DNA of 29,877 nt. Source: a virus (Duplodnaviria; Caudoviricetes). The first letter of the stretch is position 1, and each line of letters begins with the position of its first letter. The stretch covers positions 1 to 29,877 of the IMG/VR virus record IMGVR_UViG_3300020042_009493; one strand, written 5' to 3'. Positions 17,711 through 26,479 of this stretch are shown in pieces. Position numbers and translations under genes: made by a program. The notes beneath the pieces are model-generated. The model saw nothing but the letters and a program-made list of their open reading frames with translations. It was not told the DNA's origin and searched no databases.

Positions 17711-20293
17711 ATGTATCAAGCAATCTATTACGACGGGAAACCGAATTACAAATTTCATCTACGCGACGATAAAACAGGTTGGAGTGAATTTAATTATACT
17801 TTACCTCGTTTTCAAATCGATGCTAACGGCCAATATCCAACATTAGATGGTAAACGAGCTAAACAAGTTACCAAATATGAGTGGAATGACAATCATCTAT
17901 ATGAATCAGATATTGATCGTCTTACAGCAGTATTGATCGATAAATACAAAGATAGCGATGATACTCCTGAATGGCAAAATGTAGTTTATTTTGATATTGA
18001 GTGTGAAATTGGAGGCGCTTTAACTACAGAATATATCAAAACAGCACCAATGAAAATTACCTCAATAGCATTATATGATGCTACAGGTAAAAAACATTAT
18101 TGCCTTATCTTAGATGAAAAGAAACAACTACAACCGATTAATGAAGAAACTAGACAAGTAATACCTTGTGATGATGAAGCACAATTACTATCATTATTTC
18201 TTGAATTATGGGAAACAGTAGATCCAACTATCATCACAGGATGGAATAGTGGATTCTTTGACGTTCCCTATCTATATTATAGATTATGTAATGTATTAGG
18301 TAAAGATGAAGCTGCTCGTTTATCTCCACTTCGTAAATTTAAATTTACTGAATGGGATCAAAGCCAACCAATTGAAATAGCAGGTATAAATCATCTTGAC
18401 TATCTATTACTATATAAAAAATATAATCCTAAAAACGAACCCTCCTATAAACTAAATGATATAGGAACTAAATACGTTAATTTAGGTAAAGTAGATTATG
18501 AAGGTAATCTTGATAGATTATTTAAAGAAGACGTAAATAAGTTTATTGAGTATAATATTCGTGACGTAGAAATTATTATTGAATTAGAGAAGAAATTTAA
18601 ATTTATTGAATTAACAGTTGCTATCTGTCATCTATGTCATGTGCCTTATGAAATGATTTATTTATCAACTGTGTTAAATGATGGAGCTATTCTTACTTAT
18701 CTTAAACGACAAGGAATAGTTTCACCTAATAAACCAACAACTACAAACCCAGCACTTAAAGAAATACAGGAAGAGTATGCTGGTGGTTATCTTAAAGATC
18801 CTATTCCTGGGCTATATGAGTGGATTATTGATTTAGACTTTACATCACTGTATCCTTCCATTATTAGATCACTTAATATCGGTATTGAAACATTTGTAGG
18901 TCGTATTGTAAATAGAGATAAGTACGATAACACTTGGTCATTAGATGATCTTAAACAAATGGATCCTGAAGCCATAATCACAATTGAGAAATTAACTCCA
19001 AGACAAACTACACAACAAACCAATGTAAAAGTAGGAACACTAATTGCAATAATTGAAGATAATAATTGGCTAATATCAGCTCCTGGTGTTATGTTTAGGA
19101 CAGATAAATCATCTGTAGTATGTGAAGTACTAACTGATTGGTTTAATAAGCGCGTTGAATATAAAAACGCAATGAAGAAAGCATACAAATCGGGTGATGC
19201 TGTTAAAGGCGAATTTTATAATCGTCGTCAACACGCATATAAAATTAAATTAAATGACGTTTATGGCTGCTATGCAATTAATGGCTGGCGCTATACTGAC
19301 GGACATAAAATGATATCTAAAGCAATTACACTATCAGGACAACGATTAATCCAAGAATCAATTAAATTCTGTAATGAATGGATGAATAAACAGTTAGACA
19401 CATACGAAAAAGATTATGTTGTCACTTCAGATACTGACTCACTATTCATTCAGGTTAAGGACTTAGCATTACGAAGAAATCCATATTTAGCTACTGCTAG
19501 TAAAGAGGAATGGACTAAAGATATCCTAACAATCACATCCGAAGTACAAAAAGCAGCAAACGAATATATAAGTACATTTGCTAGAAAAGCATTTAATATT
19601 AAAGACAGAGAACATTACTTTGAATTGAAACAAGAAGTAGTATTAGAACGAGGTTACTTTGCTGGTAAACGTCGTTATGCAATGTACATTGTAAATAAAG
19701 AAGGTGTTACTGTTGATGAATTAGATATGAAAGGATTAGATTTGATGAAATCAAATATGACTCCAATGTACTCTAAATTTGGAGAACAACTAATCAAAGA
19801 TATTATGTTTGGTAAACCCAAATTAGAAATTGACCAGCAAATAATTGATTTTAAAAAATACGTTAAAGATATTCCTATTGACTTATTAGCTAAACCAACA
19901 GGAGTAAAGAATGTAGAATCATATATTGAACGTACTCCTAAATCGGGTGAGATATTCAGTACATTAAAAATAAAATGTCCTATTAACGCTAAGGCAGCAA
20001 TCCATTATAATGACTTACTTAAATTTAAAAAAGCACATAAACAATATCCATTATTTACTGCTGGTGATAAAATGAAATACATTCAACTCAAAACCAACCC
20101 ATATAATATTGATGTAATTGGTTTTACAGGTAATGATCCTGACTTCATTAATAAACTAATTGATGAATTTGCTGATAGAGAAGAGGGATTTGAATCATCA
20201 CTGCTAAATAAACTAAAAGGCATATATGAAGATCTAGGATGGGCGTTTCCATCACTAAATGATAAAGTAAATAAATTCTTTAAGTTTGTATAG
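17711..20293 (+). CDS. Family B DNA polymerase with 3'-5' exonuclease
   Basis: ExoI FDIE, ExoII GWN...FDVPY, ExoIII YNIRD; polymerase motifs DFTSLYPS, KIKLNDVYG, SDTDS, KRRY, KGL. Confidence 0.95.
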   Translation: MYQAIYYDGKPNYKFHLRDDKTGWSEFNYTLPRFQIDANGQYPTLDGKRAKQVTKYEWNDNHLYESDIDRLTAVLIDKYKDSDDTPEWQNVVYFDIECEIGGALTTEYIKTAPMKITSIALYDATGKKHYCLILDEKKQLQPINEETRQVIPCDDEAQLLSLFLELWETVDPTIITGWNSGFFDVPYLYYRLCNVLGKDEAARLSPLRKFKFTEWDQSQPIEIAGINHLDYLLLYKKYNPKNEPSYKLNDIGTKYVNLGKVDYEGNLDRLFKEDVNKFIEYNIRDVEIIIELEKKFKFIELTVAICHLCHVPYEMIYLSTVLNDGAILTYLKRQGIVSPNKPTTTNPALKEIQEEYAGGYLKDPIPGLYEWIIDLDFTSLYPSIIRSLNIGIETFVGRIVNRDKYDNTWSLDDLKQMDPEAIITIEKLTPRQTTQQTNVKVGTLIAIIEDNNWLISAPGVMFRTDKSSVVCEVLTDWFNKRVEYKNAMKKAYKSGDAVKGEFYNRRQHAYKIKLNDVYGCYAINGWRYTDGHKMISKAITLSGQRLIQESIKFCNEWMNKQLDTYEKDYVVTSDTDSLFIQVKDLALRRNPYLATASKEEWTKDILTITSEVQKAANEYISTFARKAFNIKDREHYFELKQEVVLERGYFAGKRRYAMYIVNKEGVTVDELDMKGLDLMKSNMTPMYSKFGEQLIKDIMFGKPKLEIDQQIIDFKKYVKDIPIDLLAKPTGVKNVESYIERTPKSGEIFSTLKIKCPINAKAAIHYNDLLKFKKAHKQYPLFTAGDKMKYIQLKTNPYNIDVIGFTGNDPDFINKLIDEFADREEGFESSLLNKLKGIYEDLGWAFPSLNDKVNKFFKFV

Positions 20294-20316
20294 TCCAAAC
20301 AACAATCGTATATTCA
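20285..20316 (+). promoter_or_regulatory. Bacteroidota-type promoter
   Basis: TTTG(20285-20288)-N20-TATATTCA(20309-20316); spacer closely resembles the 3182 copy. Confidence 0.6.
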
Positions 20317-20320
20317 TGTT

Positions 20321-20659
20321 ATGAATTTAATCTACGGCATAATTTATGGACTTATAGCACAAATAGGTTCATATATGCAATTACAAGGTGCAATGAAATA
20401 TGGGTGGTACCAAAAATACTTTTGGTTAATATTAATATCTAGTATACCTTTAAGCTGGTTATATATAAAATCAGTTGAGCATATCATATTAGCATTTAAT
20501 GGTCAAATATGGCCTAGTCGTTTAATTGGATTTGGTTTAGGTATAACTGTATTTAGTATAATGAGTCACTATCTATTTAGAGAACCATTTACACCTAAAA
20601 CAATAGTGTGTATATGTTTAGGTTTATTAATTATAGGAATTCAAATATTTTGGAAATAA
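20321..20659 (+). CDS. Small membrane protein with about four TM helices (SMR/DMT-like topology)
   Basis: 112 aa with four hydrophobic segments; LFREPFT..TIV...L pattern typical of DMT C-termini. Confidence 0.65.
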   Translation: MNLIYGIIYGLIAQIGSYMQLQGAMKYGWYQKYFWLILISSIPLSWLYIKSVEHIILAFNGQIWPSRLIGFGLGITVFSIMSHYLFREPFTPKTIVCICLGLLIIGIQIFWK

Positions 20660-20660
20660 T

Positions 20661-21392
20661 ATGGAAAAACAACTATTAACATCAGTAATCGAAAAGTATT
20701 ACTTAGGTGGAATACACGAGAAGGTAAAGTGGACAATTAAAGACAAGAAAATAATAATCCTATTTACATCTGCAACTAAAGATCTAGCAGGATCGATTGA
20801 AGCAGATGGATTTGATTTGGACGATTGCGTTATAGGAGTATATGACACAAATAAATTACTCAAGTTAATTAACATTACTAATCAATTCGTTCAATTAAGT
20901 GTTGAAACTAAAAACGGAACATCAACTAAATTATCAATTGCTGATAATGAATATGATCTAGTTTATCATCTTGCTGATTTGAGAATGATGTCTACCGAAA
21001 CAATGGTATTAGATGAATCACAAATTGATTTTAATTATTCATTCACTATCGATTCTGACTTTATAGAATGTTATAATAAAGCTAAAAAAGCATTAGGTAG
21101 TGATGAGGTAAGAATACAAGCACTATTTAATGAAGAAGGTGATAAAGGTATTTACTTCACATTAGGAGGTAAAACATCACATGACGATAAAATTAGCTTT
21201 CAATCCACTGATTCTACATTTAGTGTTCCATCTAGTGAATATCAATTTAATGCTAATTACTTATTAGAAATATTCACAGAAAATAAAGGTGCAGAAGGAA
21301 CCGGTAAGTTTGATGAGAATGGAATATTAAAGTTGGAGTTTATAGATGAGAGAAATATTAAAAGCCTATATTATCTCCCACCTAAAAACTAA
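20661..21392 (+). CDS. Sliding clamp (gp45-like)
   Basis: 243-aa acidic protein with IGVYD..KLL and a C-terminal S.YYL motif; lies between polB and the clamp loader. Confidence 0.7.
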   Translation: MEKQLLTSVIEKYYLGGIHEKVKWTIKDKKIIILFTSATKDLAGSIEADGFDLDDCVIGVYDTNKLLKLINITNQFVQLSVETKNGTSTKLSIADNEYDLVYHLADLRMMSTETMVLDESQIDFNYSFTIDSDFIECYNKAKKALGSDEVRIQALFNEEGDKGIYFTLGGKTSHDDKISFQSTDSTFSVPSSEYQFNANYLLEIFTENKGAEGTGKFDENGILKLEFIDERNIKSLYYLPPKN

Positions 21393-21479
21393 TCCGTATA
21401 TATTTATTGTCGAAGATACATGACAGGTCTTCACCTATTAATTAACCGCTTACCTTAGGGGAGCACAAAAGTGAACATT

Positions 21480-21893
21480 ATGACACAACTAGCACATTGG
21501 GGTATTGACCCCTTCGACATCGTTTGGAAAAATTTCTTAACTTCCAATTCGACATTTAACACATTTCAAGAAAAAATCAACTACCCCGTTGATATTTATG
21601 AGATAGAAACAGGTTTACGATTTGAACTCGCAGTAGTAGGACTTGACAAATCAGATATAGACATCTTAATAGAGTCCGATGTATTAAGAATTACCCACGA
21701 CAGACAAATAACAGAAGGAGAAGATCGATCTTACATTACCAAAGGTATTGCAAAACGATCATTTGACTTAGCATGGAAGATAGCTTCTAAATTCAACTTA
21801 GCTAAACTAGATGCTAAGATGGATAAAGGCTTGCTTATCATAGATATTCCATATGCAGAGGAAAAAGCACCGAAGAAAGTTACGATTAAATAA
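21480..21893 (+). CDS. Small heat-shock protein (Hsp20/alpha-crystallin)
   Basis: YPVDI, ELAVVG, KGIAKRSF, AKMDKGLL.I.IP, C-terminal V-T-I motif; ATG at 21480 (GTG at 21471 is an alternative). Confidence 0.9.
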   Translation: MTQLAHWGIDPFDIVWKNFLTSNSTFNTFQEKINYPVDIYEIETGLRFELAVVGLDKSDIDILIESDVLRITHDRQITEGEDRSYITKGIAKRSFDLAWKIASKFNLAKLDAKMDKGLLIIDIPYAEEKAPKKVTIK

Positions 21894-21895
21894 GT

Positions 21896-21926
21896 TTTGA
21901 AAACCGAAGACCTGTCATTATCTTTG
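21896..21926 (+). promoter_or_regulatory. Canonical Bacteroidota sigma-A promoter upstream of groES
   Basis: TTTG(21896-21899)-N19-TATCTTTG(21919-21926), an exact match to TTTG-N19-21-TAnnTTTG. Confidence 0.7.
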
Positions 21927-21950
21927 CTTTTTAACTTTTAAAATTATATT

Positions 21951-22244
21951 ATGAAGATAAAACCTCTACATAATCACATTGTGATTAAACAACAAGATGA
22001 AACAGAAACAATGTATGGAAACATTGTAGTCCCAGATATGGGAAAAGAAAAACCACTAATGGGTGAAGTAATAGCTGTAGGACCTGGATTTTATACAGTT
22101 ACAGGGACTTGGATTGATACCTTTATTAGGATAGGTGAGATAGTAGTATTTCCCTCATTTGGTGGAACTAAAATGACCATTGATGGTGAAGAGTATATCG
22201 TTATGAAAGAAAATGATTTATTGGCAGTTTTAGAAAAAGAATAA
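21951..22244 (+). CDS. groES: Co-chaperonin GroES
   Basis: IKPLH, G.IVVPD..KEKP, GEVIAVGPG, E.Y.VMKENDLLA. Confidence 0.95.
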   Translation: MKIKPLHNHIVIKQQDETETMYGNIVVPDMGKEKPLMGEVIAVGPGFYTVTGTWIDTFIRIGEIVVFPSFGGTKMTIDGEEYIVMKENDLLAVLEKE

Positions 22245-22245
22245 T

Positions 22246-23874
22246 ATGAGTAAAATAATTAAATTTGATCGTGAAGCAAAAGAAAAGCTTCAAGCAGGTA
22301 TCGACAAAGTAAATAAAGCAGTATCAATTACAATGGGTCCCTTCGGACGTAATGTATTGATTGAAAAAGAACATGGACAAGTAGTATCTACTAAAGACGG
22401 TGTTACAGTAGCTAAAACCATTACATTGGAAGACCCAATTGAAAACATGGCAGCAACTGTAATTAAGCAAGCAGCTCAAAAAACAGTTGATGCTGCCGGT
22501 GATGGTACTACTACCTCAACAGTATTAGCTCATGCTATTGCATCTCAAGCATTAGAGACAACATCATATGCTTCAACAAATGCTACTCAAGTAAAACGTG
22601 GTATTGAAGAAGCAGTAAAGCAAGTAGTAGAAGAATTAAAGAGAATGTCTACAGACATTACAGATGAAAAGCAAATTAAACAAATTGCCACACTCTCAGC
22701 TAATGGTGATGAAGAAATTGGAGAATTAGTAGCTACCGCTATCAATAAAGTAGGAAGAGACGGAGTAGTAACAGTAGAAGAATCTCGTTCAGGTGAAACA
22801 TCACTTGAGGTAGTAGAAGGTCTTCAATTCGATAGAGGTTATAAGTCACCTTATATGGTAACTGATAATAATACAATGCAAGCAGTTTTAAATGATGCTT
22901 TAATTCTATTATATGATGGGAGAATTAGTACTGTAAAGGATTTACTTCCAATATTAGAGCGTGTATCGCAAGAAAGTAAAGCATTGCTTATTATTGCTGA
23001 AGATATTGATGGTGAGGCATTATCTACTCTTATTGTAAATAAAATGAGAGGATCATTGAAAGTAGTAGCTGTTAAAGCACCTGACTTTGGTGAACGTAGG
23101 ACACTTATCCTAGAAGATATCGCTACTGTAACGGGTGGTACTTTAATTTCACCTACTAAAGGTATGAAATTAGATAAATTTAATATGACTTGGTTTGGTA
23201 ATGCTAGAACCATTACTGTAGGTAAGGAAACAACTACAATCGTTGATGGTAAAGGTAATACAGAAGCTATCGACGTTCGTATTGATGAACTAAAATCTCA
23301 AATTGATCAAGCTAATTCACCATATGAAGTAGAACGTCTACAAGATCGTCTTGCTAAAATGATTGGAGGTGTAGCTATTATCAATGTAGGTGGTGGTACT
23401 GAAATTGAGATGAAGGAAAGGAAAGATCGTATTGACGATGCACTTCAAGCAACTAAAGCAGCACTTGAAGAAGGTATTCTACCTGGTGCTGGTGTAGCAT
23501 TACTTCATGCTAGAAAAGTACTTGATATTAATAACTTAGGTAAAGATGATAAAAGTAAAGGTACTGAAATTGTATTTAAAGCATGTGCTGCTCCCTTCAA
23601 ACAAATCTTAATTAATGCAGGTGAAGATGCTAATGATTGGTGGAATATAATATATAACCAACCAGGAAATTCAATAGTACCAGATTTAGTAAATAATACT
23701 ACAGCTGATGCTTATGAATCAGGGATTATTGACCCCACTAAAGTAGTACGTTGTGCTCTTGAAAATGCAGCAGCCGCTGCCGTTACACTCCTAATGACAG
23801 AATGTGTTATCTACGATAAACCAACTGATAAGAAGAAAGCAGATGATTTTGGGATGGCAGATTTAGGAATGTAA
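22246..23874 (+). CDS. groEL: Chaperonin GroEL
   Basis: TMGPFGRNV, TKDGVTVA, GDGTTT, FDRGY.SPY, KAPDFG, IIDPTKV. Confidence 0.97.
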   Translation: MSKIIKFDREAKEKLQAGIDKVNKAVSITMGPFGRNVLIEKEHGQVVSTKDGVTVAKTITLEDPIENMAATVIKQAAQKTVDAAGDGTTTSTVLAHAIASQALETTSYASTNATQVKRGIEEAVKQVVEELKRMSTDITDEKQIKQIATLSANGDEEIGELVATAINKVGRDGVVTVEESRSGETSLEVVEGLQFDRGYKSPYMVTDNNTMQAVLNDALILLYDGRISTVKDLLPILERVSQESKALLIIAEDIDGEALSTLIVNKMRGSLKVVAVKAPDFGERRTLILEDIATVTGGTLISPTKGMKLDKFNMTWFGNARTITVGKETTTIVDGKGNTEAIDVRIDELKSQIDQANSPYEVERLQDRLAKMIGGVAIINVGGGTEIEMKERKDRIDDALQATKAALEEGILPGAGVALLHARKVLDINNLGKDDKSKGTEIVFKACAAPFKQILINAGEDANDWWNIIYNQPGNSIVPDLVNNTTADAYESGIIDPTKVVRCALENAAAAAVTLLMTECVIYDKPTDKKKADDFGMADLGM

Positions 23875-23894
23875 TTTAATACGAAATAATAGTT

Positions 23895-24815
23895 ATGAAG
23901 CAACACACTCTCTGGATTGAAAAATATAGATCACAAACACTAGAACAATACATCGGTAACGATACGGTTAAAGCCCGTATCGCCGATTGTATTGCTTCAA
24001 ATGATATTCCTCATTTCCTATTTGCAGGTACAGCAGGTACTGGTAAAACAACACTAGCTAAATTAATTGTTAGTAACATTAAATGTGATTACCTTTACAT
24101 TAACGCTAGTGATGAGAATGGGATTGATATGATTAGAGAGAAAGTAAAGGGATTTGCCTCTACATCAACATTCCAACCGCTTAAGGTTGTCATTTTAGAT
24201 GAGGCTGATTTCTTAACTCAGCCAGCGCAAGCAGCGCTTCGTAATTTAATTGAAGAGTATTCAATCACAACGCGCTTTGTACTTACTTGTAATTATATTG
24301 AGCGTTTAATTGAACCTCTTCAATCACGCTGTGAAACCCATCTACTAACACCCCCATCTAAAGGTAATGTTGCAAAACACGTTTGCACTAGTATTTTAGA
24401 TGTTGAAGGAGTTCAATATGAAATGTCAGATGTAGCAACTATAATTAAAGAATATTATCCTGATGTTCGTTCTATTATCAAAGTATTACAACAGAATGTT
24501 AGAGATGGTAAATTATCTATAGTAGCTTTAGATGCTAATTGGACTAAACAACTAATTTTAATATTAAATAAACGCGATAAAAACGCCTGGTATCAAGTTC
24601 GCCAACTTGTAGCTGACAGCCAAGTAGACGATTTTCAAACCGCTTATCGATATATGTTTGAGCATTTAAATGAATTTAGCTACGGACATGATGCTAGTAT
24701 TATAATATTGTTGGATGAATATTCATATCGAGCTAATATGTGTCCTGATAAAGAGTTGAATTTTGCTGCTTTTATAAATTCATTATTAAACATAACTAAA
24801 AAACAAGTATTATAA
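23895..24815 (+). CDS. Clamp loader AAA+ subunit (gp44/RFC-like)
   Basis: LWIEKYR, GTAGTGKTT, INASDE, ILDEAD, TCNY, LQSRC. Confidence 0.93.
   Translation: MKQHTLWIEKYRSQTLEQYIGNDTVKARIADCIASNDIPHFLFAGTAGTGKTTLAKLIVSNIKCDYLYINASDENGIDMIREKVKGFASTSTFQPLKVVILDEADFLTQPAQAALRNLIEEYSITTRFVLTCNYIERLIEPLQSRCETHLLTPPSKGNVAKHVCTSILDVEGVQYEMSDVATIIKEYYPDVRSIIKVLQQNVRDGKLSIVALDANWTKQLILILNKRDKNAWYQVRQLVADSQVDDFQTAYRYMFEHLNEFSYGHDASIIILLDEYSYRANMCPDKELNFAAFINSLLNITKKQVL
24792..24815 (+). repeat. Direct repeat, copy 1 (3' end of the clamp-loader gene)
   Basis: ATAACTAAAAAACAAGTATTATAA matches 25346-25369 at 23 of 24 positions. Confidence 0.85.
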
Positions 24816-25331
24816 ATGAAATCATCTATATTATCATTAAAAATAATACTAGAAAGCATTATTAAAGAGACGGGAGATTTAAAAGGTATTATACCTTACG
24901 ATTATGCTAATGGAGAATTCACAACAGAAGAAGGGTGGAAAGTAATAGTAAAATTTAGCCATATTAAAGAACCAGATTATAGTTATTTAAATTTACCCTT
25001 TAAACAAAAAAATGTTAAAGCAGTAGAATATACAATAGAAGGAGAACAATCTCAATATAAAAAAACAACATATAGTAAATTAATTAAAATTCTTAAAACA
25101 ATATCTGATATTACAATAGAATATATCAATAATAATCCTAATCTTCAAGCACTAGTATTCTTTGCAGCAAATAAAGACCCTGATCAGTTATTATCTAATA
25201 CTGATCCTCAAAAATCAGCAATATATAAAGCAATCACACTCAAACAAATATCTCAACTAGGACAAAAATGGATTGTAAAAGATATAGATATACATGCCTC
25301 TTATAATGGATTTATATTATATAAAAAATAG
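24816..25331 (+). CDS. Inserted hypothetical protein with ILE.IIKE N-terminal leader
   Basis: 171-aa AT-rich ORF lying between the two repeat copies. Confidence 0.7.
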   Translation: MKSSILSLKIILESIIKETGDLKGIIPYDYANGEFTTEEGWKVIVKFSHIKEPDYSYLNLPFKQKNVKAVEYTIEGEQSQYKKTTYSKLIKILKTISDITIEYINNNPNLQALVFFAANKDPDQLLSNTDPQKSAIYKAITLKQISQLGQKWIVKDIDIHASYNGFILYKK

Positions 25332-25345
25332 CAAAAATACTAAAA

Positions 25346-25369
25346 ATAACTAAAAAACAAGTAATATAA
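25346..25369 (+). repeat. Direct repeat, copy 2 (relic clamp-loader C-terminus)
   Basis: ATAACTAAAAAACAAGTAATATAA; 25328-25369 translates as IAKILKITKKQVI*. Confidence 0.85.
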
Positions 25370-25605
25370 TGGAACAGCAATTAAACATCAGTTTAGATAA
25401 AACTACAGGAGTGATATGTGAAGAATGTGATAATCAAGTATTTCGAGAAGGAGTAATGCTTCGTAAAGCATCTCGATTCTTAACAGGAACAGCACAGGAT
25501 GCTCTAGTCCCTATTCAGGTATTCTCTTGTGCTAAATGTGGTCATGTAAATGAAGAATTCCTCCCATTACAATTAAGAAACAAAAGCGAAGATAATGTTC
25601 TTTAA
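25369..25605 (+). CDS. Zinc-ribbon protein
   Basis: CEEC...CAKCGH. Confidence 0.75.
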   Translation: MEQQLNISLDKTTGVICEECDNQVFREGVMLRKASRFLTGTAQDALVPIQVFSCAKCGHVNEEFLPLQLRNKSEDNVL

Positions 25606-25834
25606 AAAATATAAAATGCAAATAGAACAACTACAACAAGAAAATGAGCAACTGAAAGCCCAAATAATGGGATTATCTTTTAATCTTAAAACAGCAGATG
25701 ACAAGATTAAGCAATATGAAATGAGGTTAGAAAATCTATACAAGCAAAATATGGATTTATCTAGTGAGATAAAACACCTTAATATGCTTGCTATGACATC
25801 TAATTATAATAAAAACGATTCAAGAAATTATTAA
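25595..25834 (+). CDS. Coiled-coil hypothetical protein
   Basis: Heptad-like Leu/Gln/Glu pattern. Confidence 0.6.
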   Translation: MFFKKYKMQIEQLQQENEQLKAQIMGLSFNLKTADDKIKQYEMRLENLYKQNMDLSSEIKHLNMLAMTSNYNKNDSRNY

Positions 25835-26205
25835 TGAATATATTTGATCACATTAAGAATATTACAACTAATAAGGGACTATATCTAGGTGACGAGGGTT
25901 GGAATAACTGGATGATCAATCGTTATCTAAGTATGGATCCTGATTATTGTGAAGTAGTAAATATAGTACAAAAGAACACTTGGCAGATGAAAGGTGAGTA
26001 TCTTTATAATCTGTATAAGGATATTATTCCTCAACAATACAAGTATCTTAAATATATTAAAGCTAAAAATAAAAAGGAACATAAAGCGGATCAAGTAGAA
26101 GCAGTTGCTACTTATTATGAAATAAGTAAAAGCGAAGCTAAAGAATACATTGATATGCTTCCTAAAGAAGAAATTGAAAATATAATATTACAAATCAATG
26201 GGTAA
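25834..26205 (+). CDS. Clamp loader small subunit (gp62-like)
   Basis: F..I..I...K, WMINRYLSM, YLKYIK, YYEIS..EAKEY..ML; close to the gp44-like gene. Confidence 0.7.
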   Translation: MNIFDHIKNITTNKGLYLGDEGWNNWMINRYLSMDPDYCEVVNIVQKNTWQMKGEYLYNLYKDIIPQQYKYLKYIKAKNKKEHKADQVEAVATYYEISKSEAKEYIDMLPKEEIENIILQING

Positions 26206-26479
26206 ATATATTAATGGAGAAACTGACTACAGAAATTATTTAATTGAAATGGAAAAACAACAAGAAGATACACCTAAACTAGACTCAATTGTCACCTCAG
26301 TTATAGATCAATTTAAAGAACGTGCTACTAGAGGTAAAGAAAAATATGGTGTTGATTTAGATCGTACTGATCTATCTTTAATAGAATGGATTGAACACGC
26401 TAAACAAGAACATATGGATGCCATCCTGTATTTAGAAAAAATAAAAAACGAACTTGATGGCCAAGAAAAAATATACTGA
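26198..26479 (+). CDS. Putative all-alpha NTP pyrophosphohydrolase (MazG-like)
   Basis: RG.EKYG...W..HA.QE.MDA.LY motif. Confidence 0.45.
   Translation: MGKYINGETDYRNYLIEMEKQQEDTPKLDSIVTSVIDQFKERATRGKEKYGVDLDRTDLSLIEWIEHAKQEHMDAILYLEKIKNELDGQEKIY

Noticed and set aside
7908-20293. Introns or inteins in nrdJ or polB
   Set aside because: Both are continuous ORFs of ordinary length, with no intein splice motifs seen.
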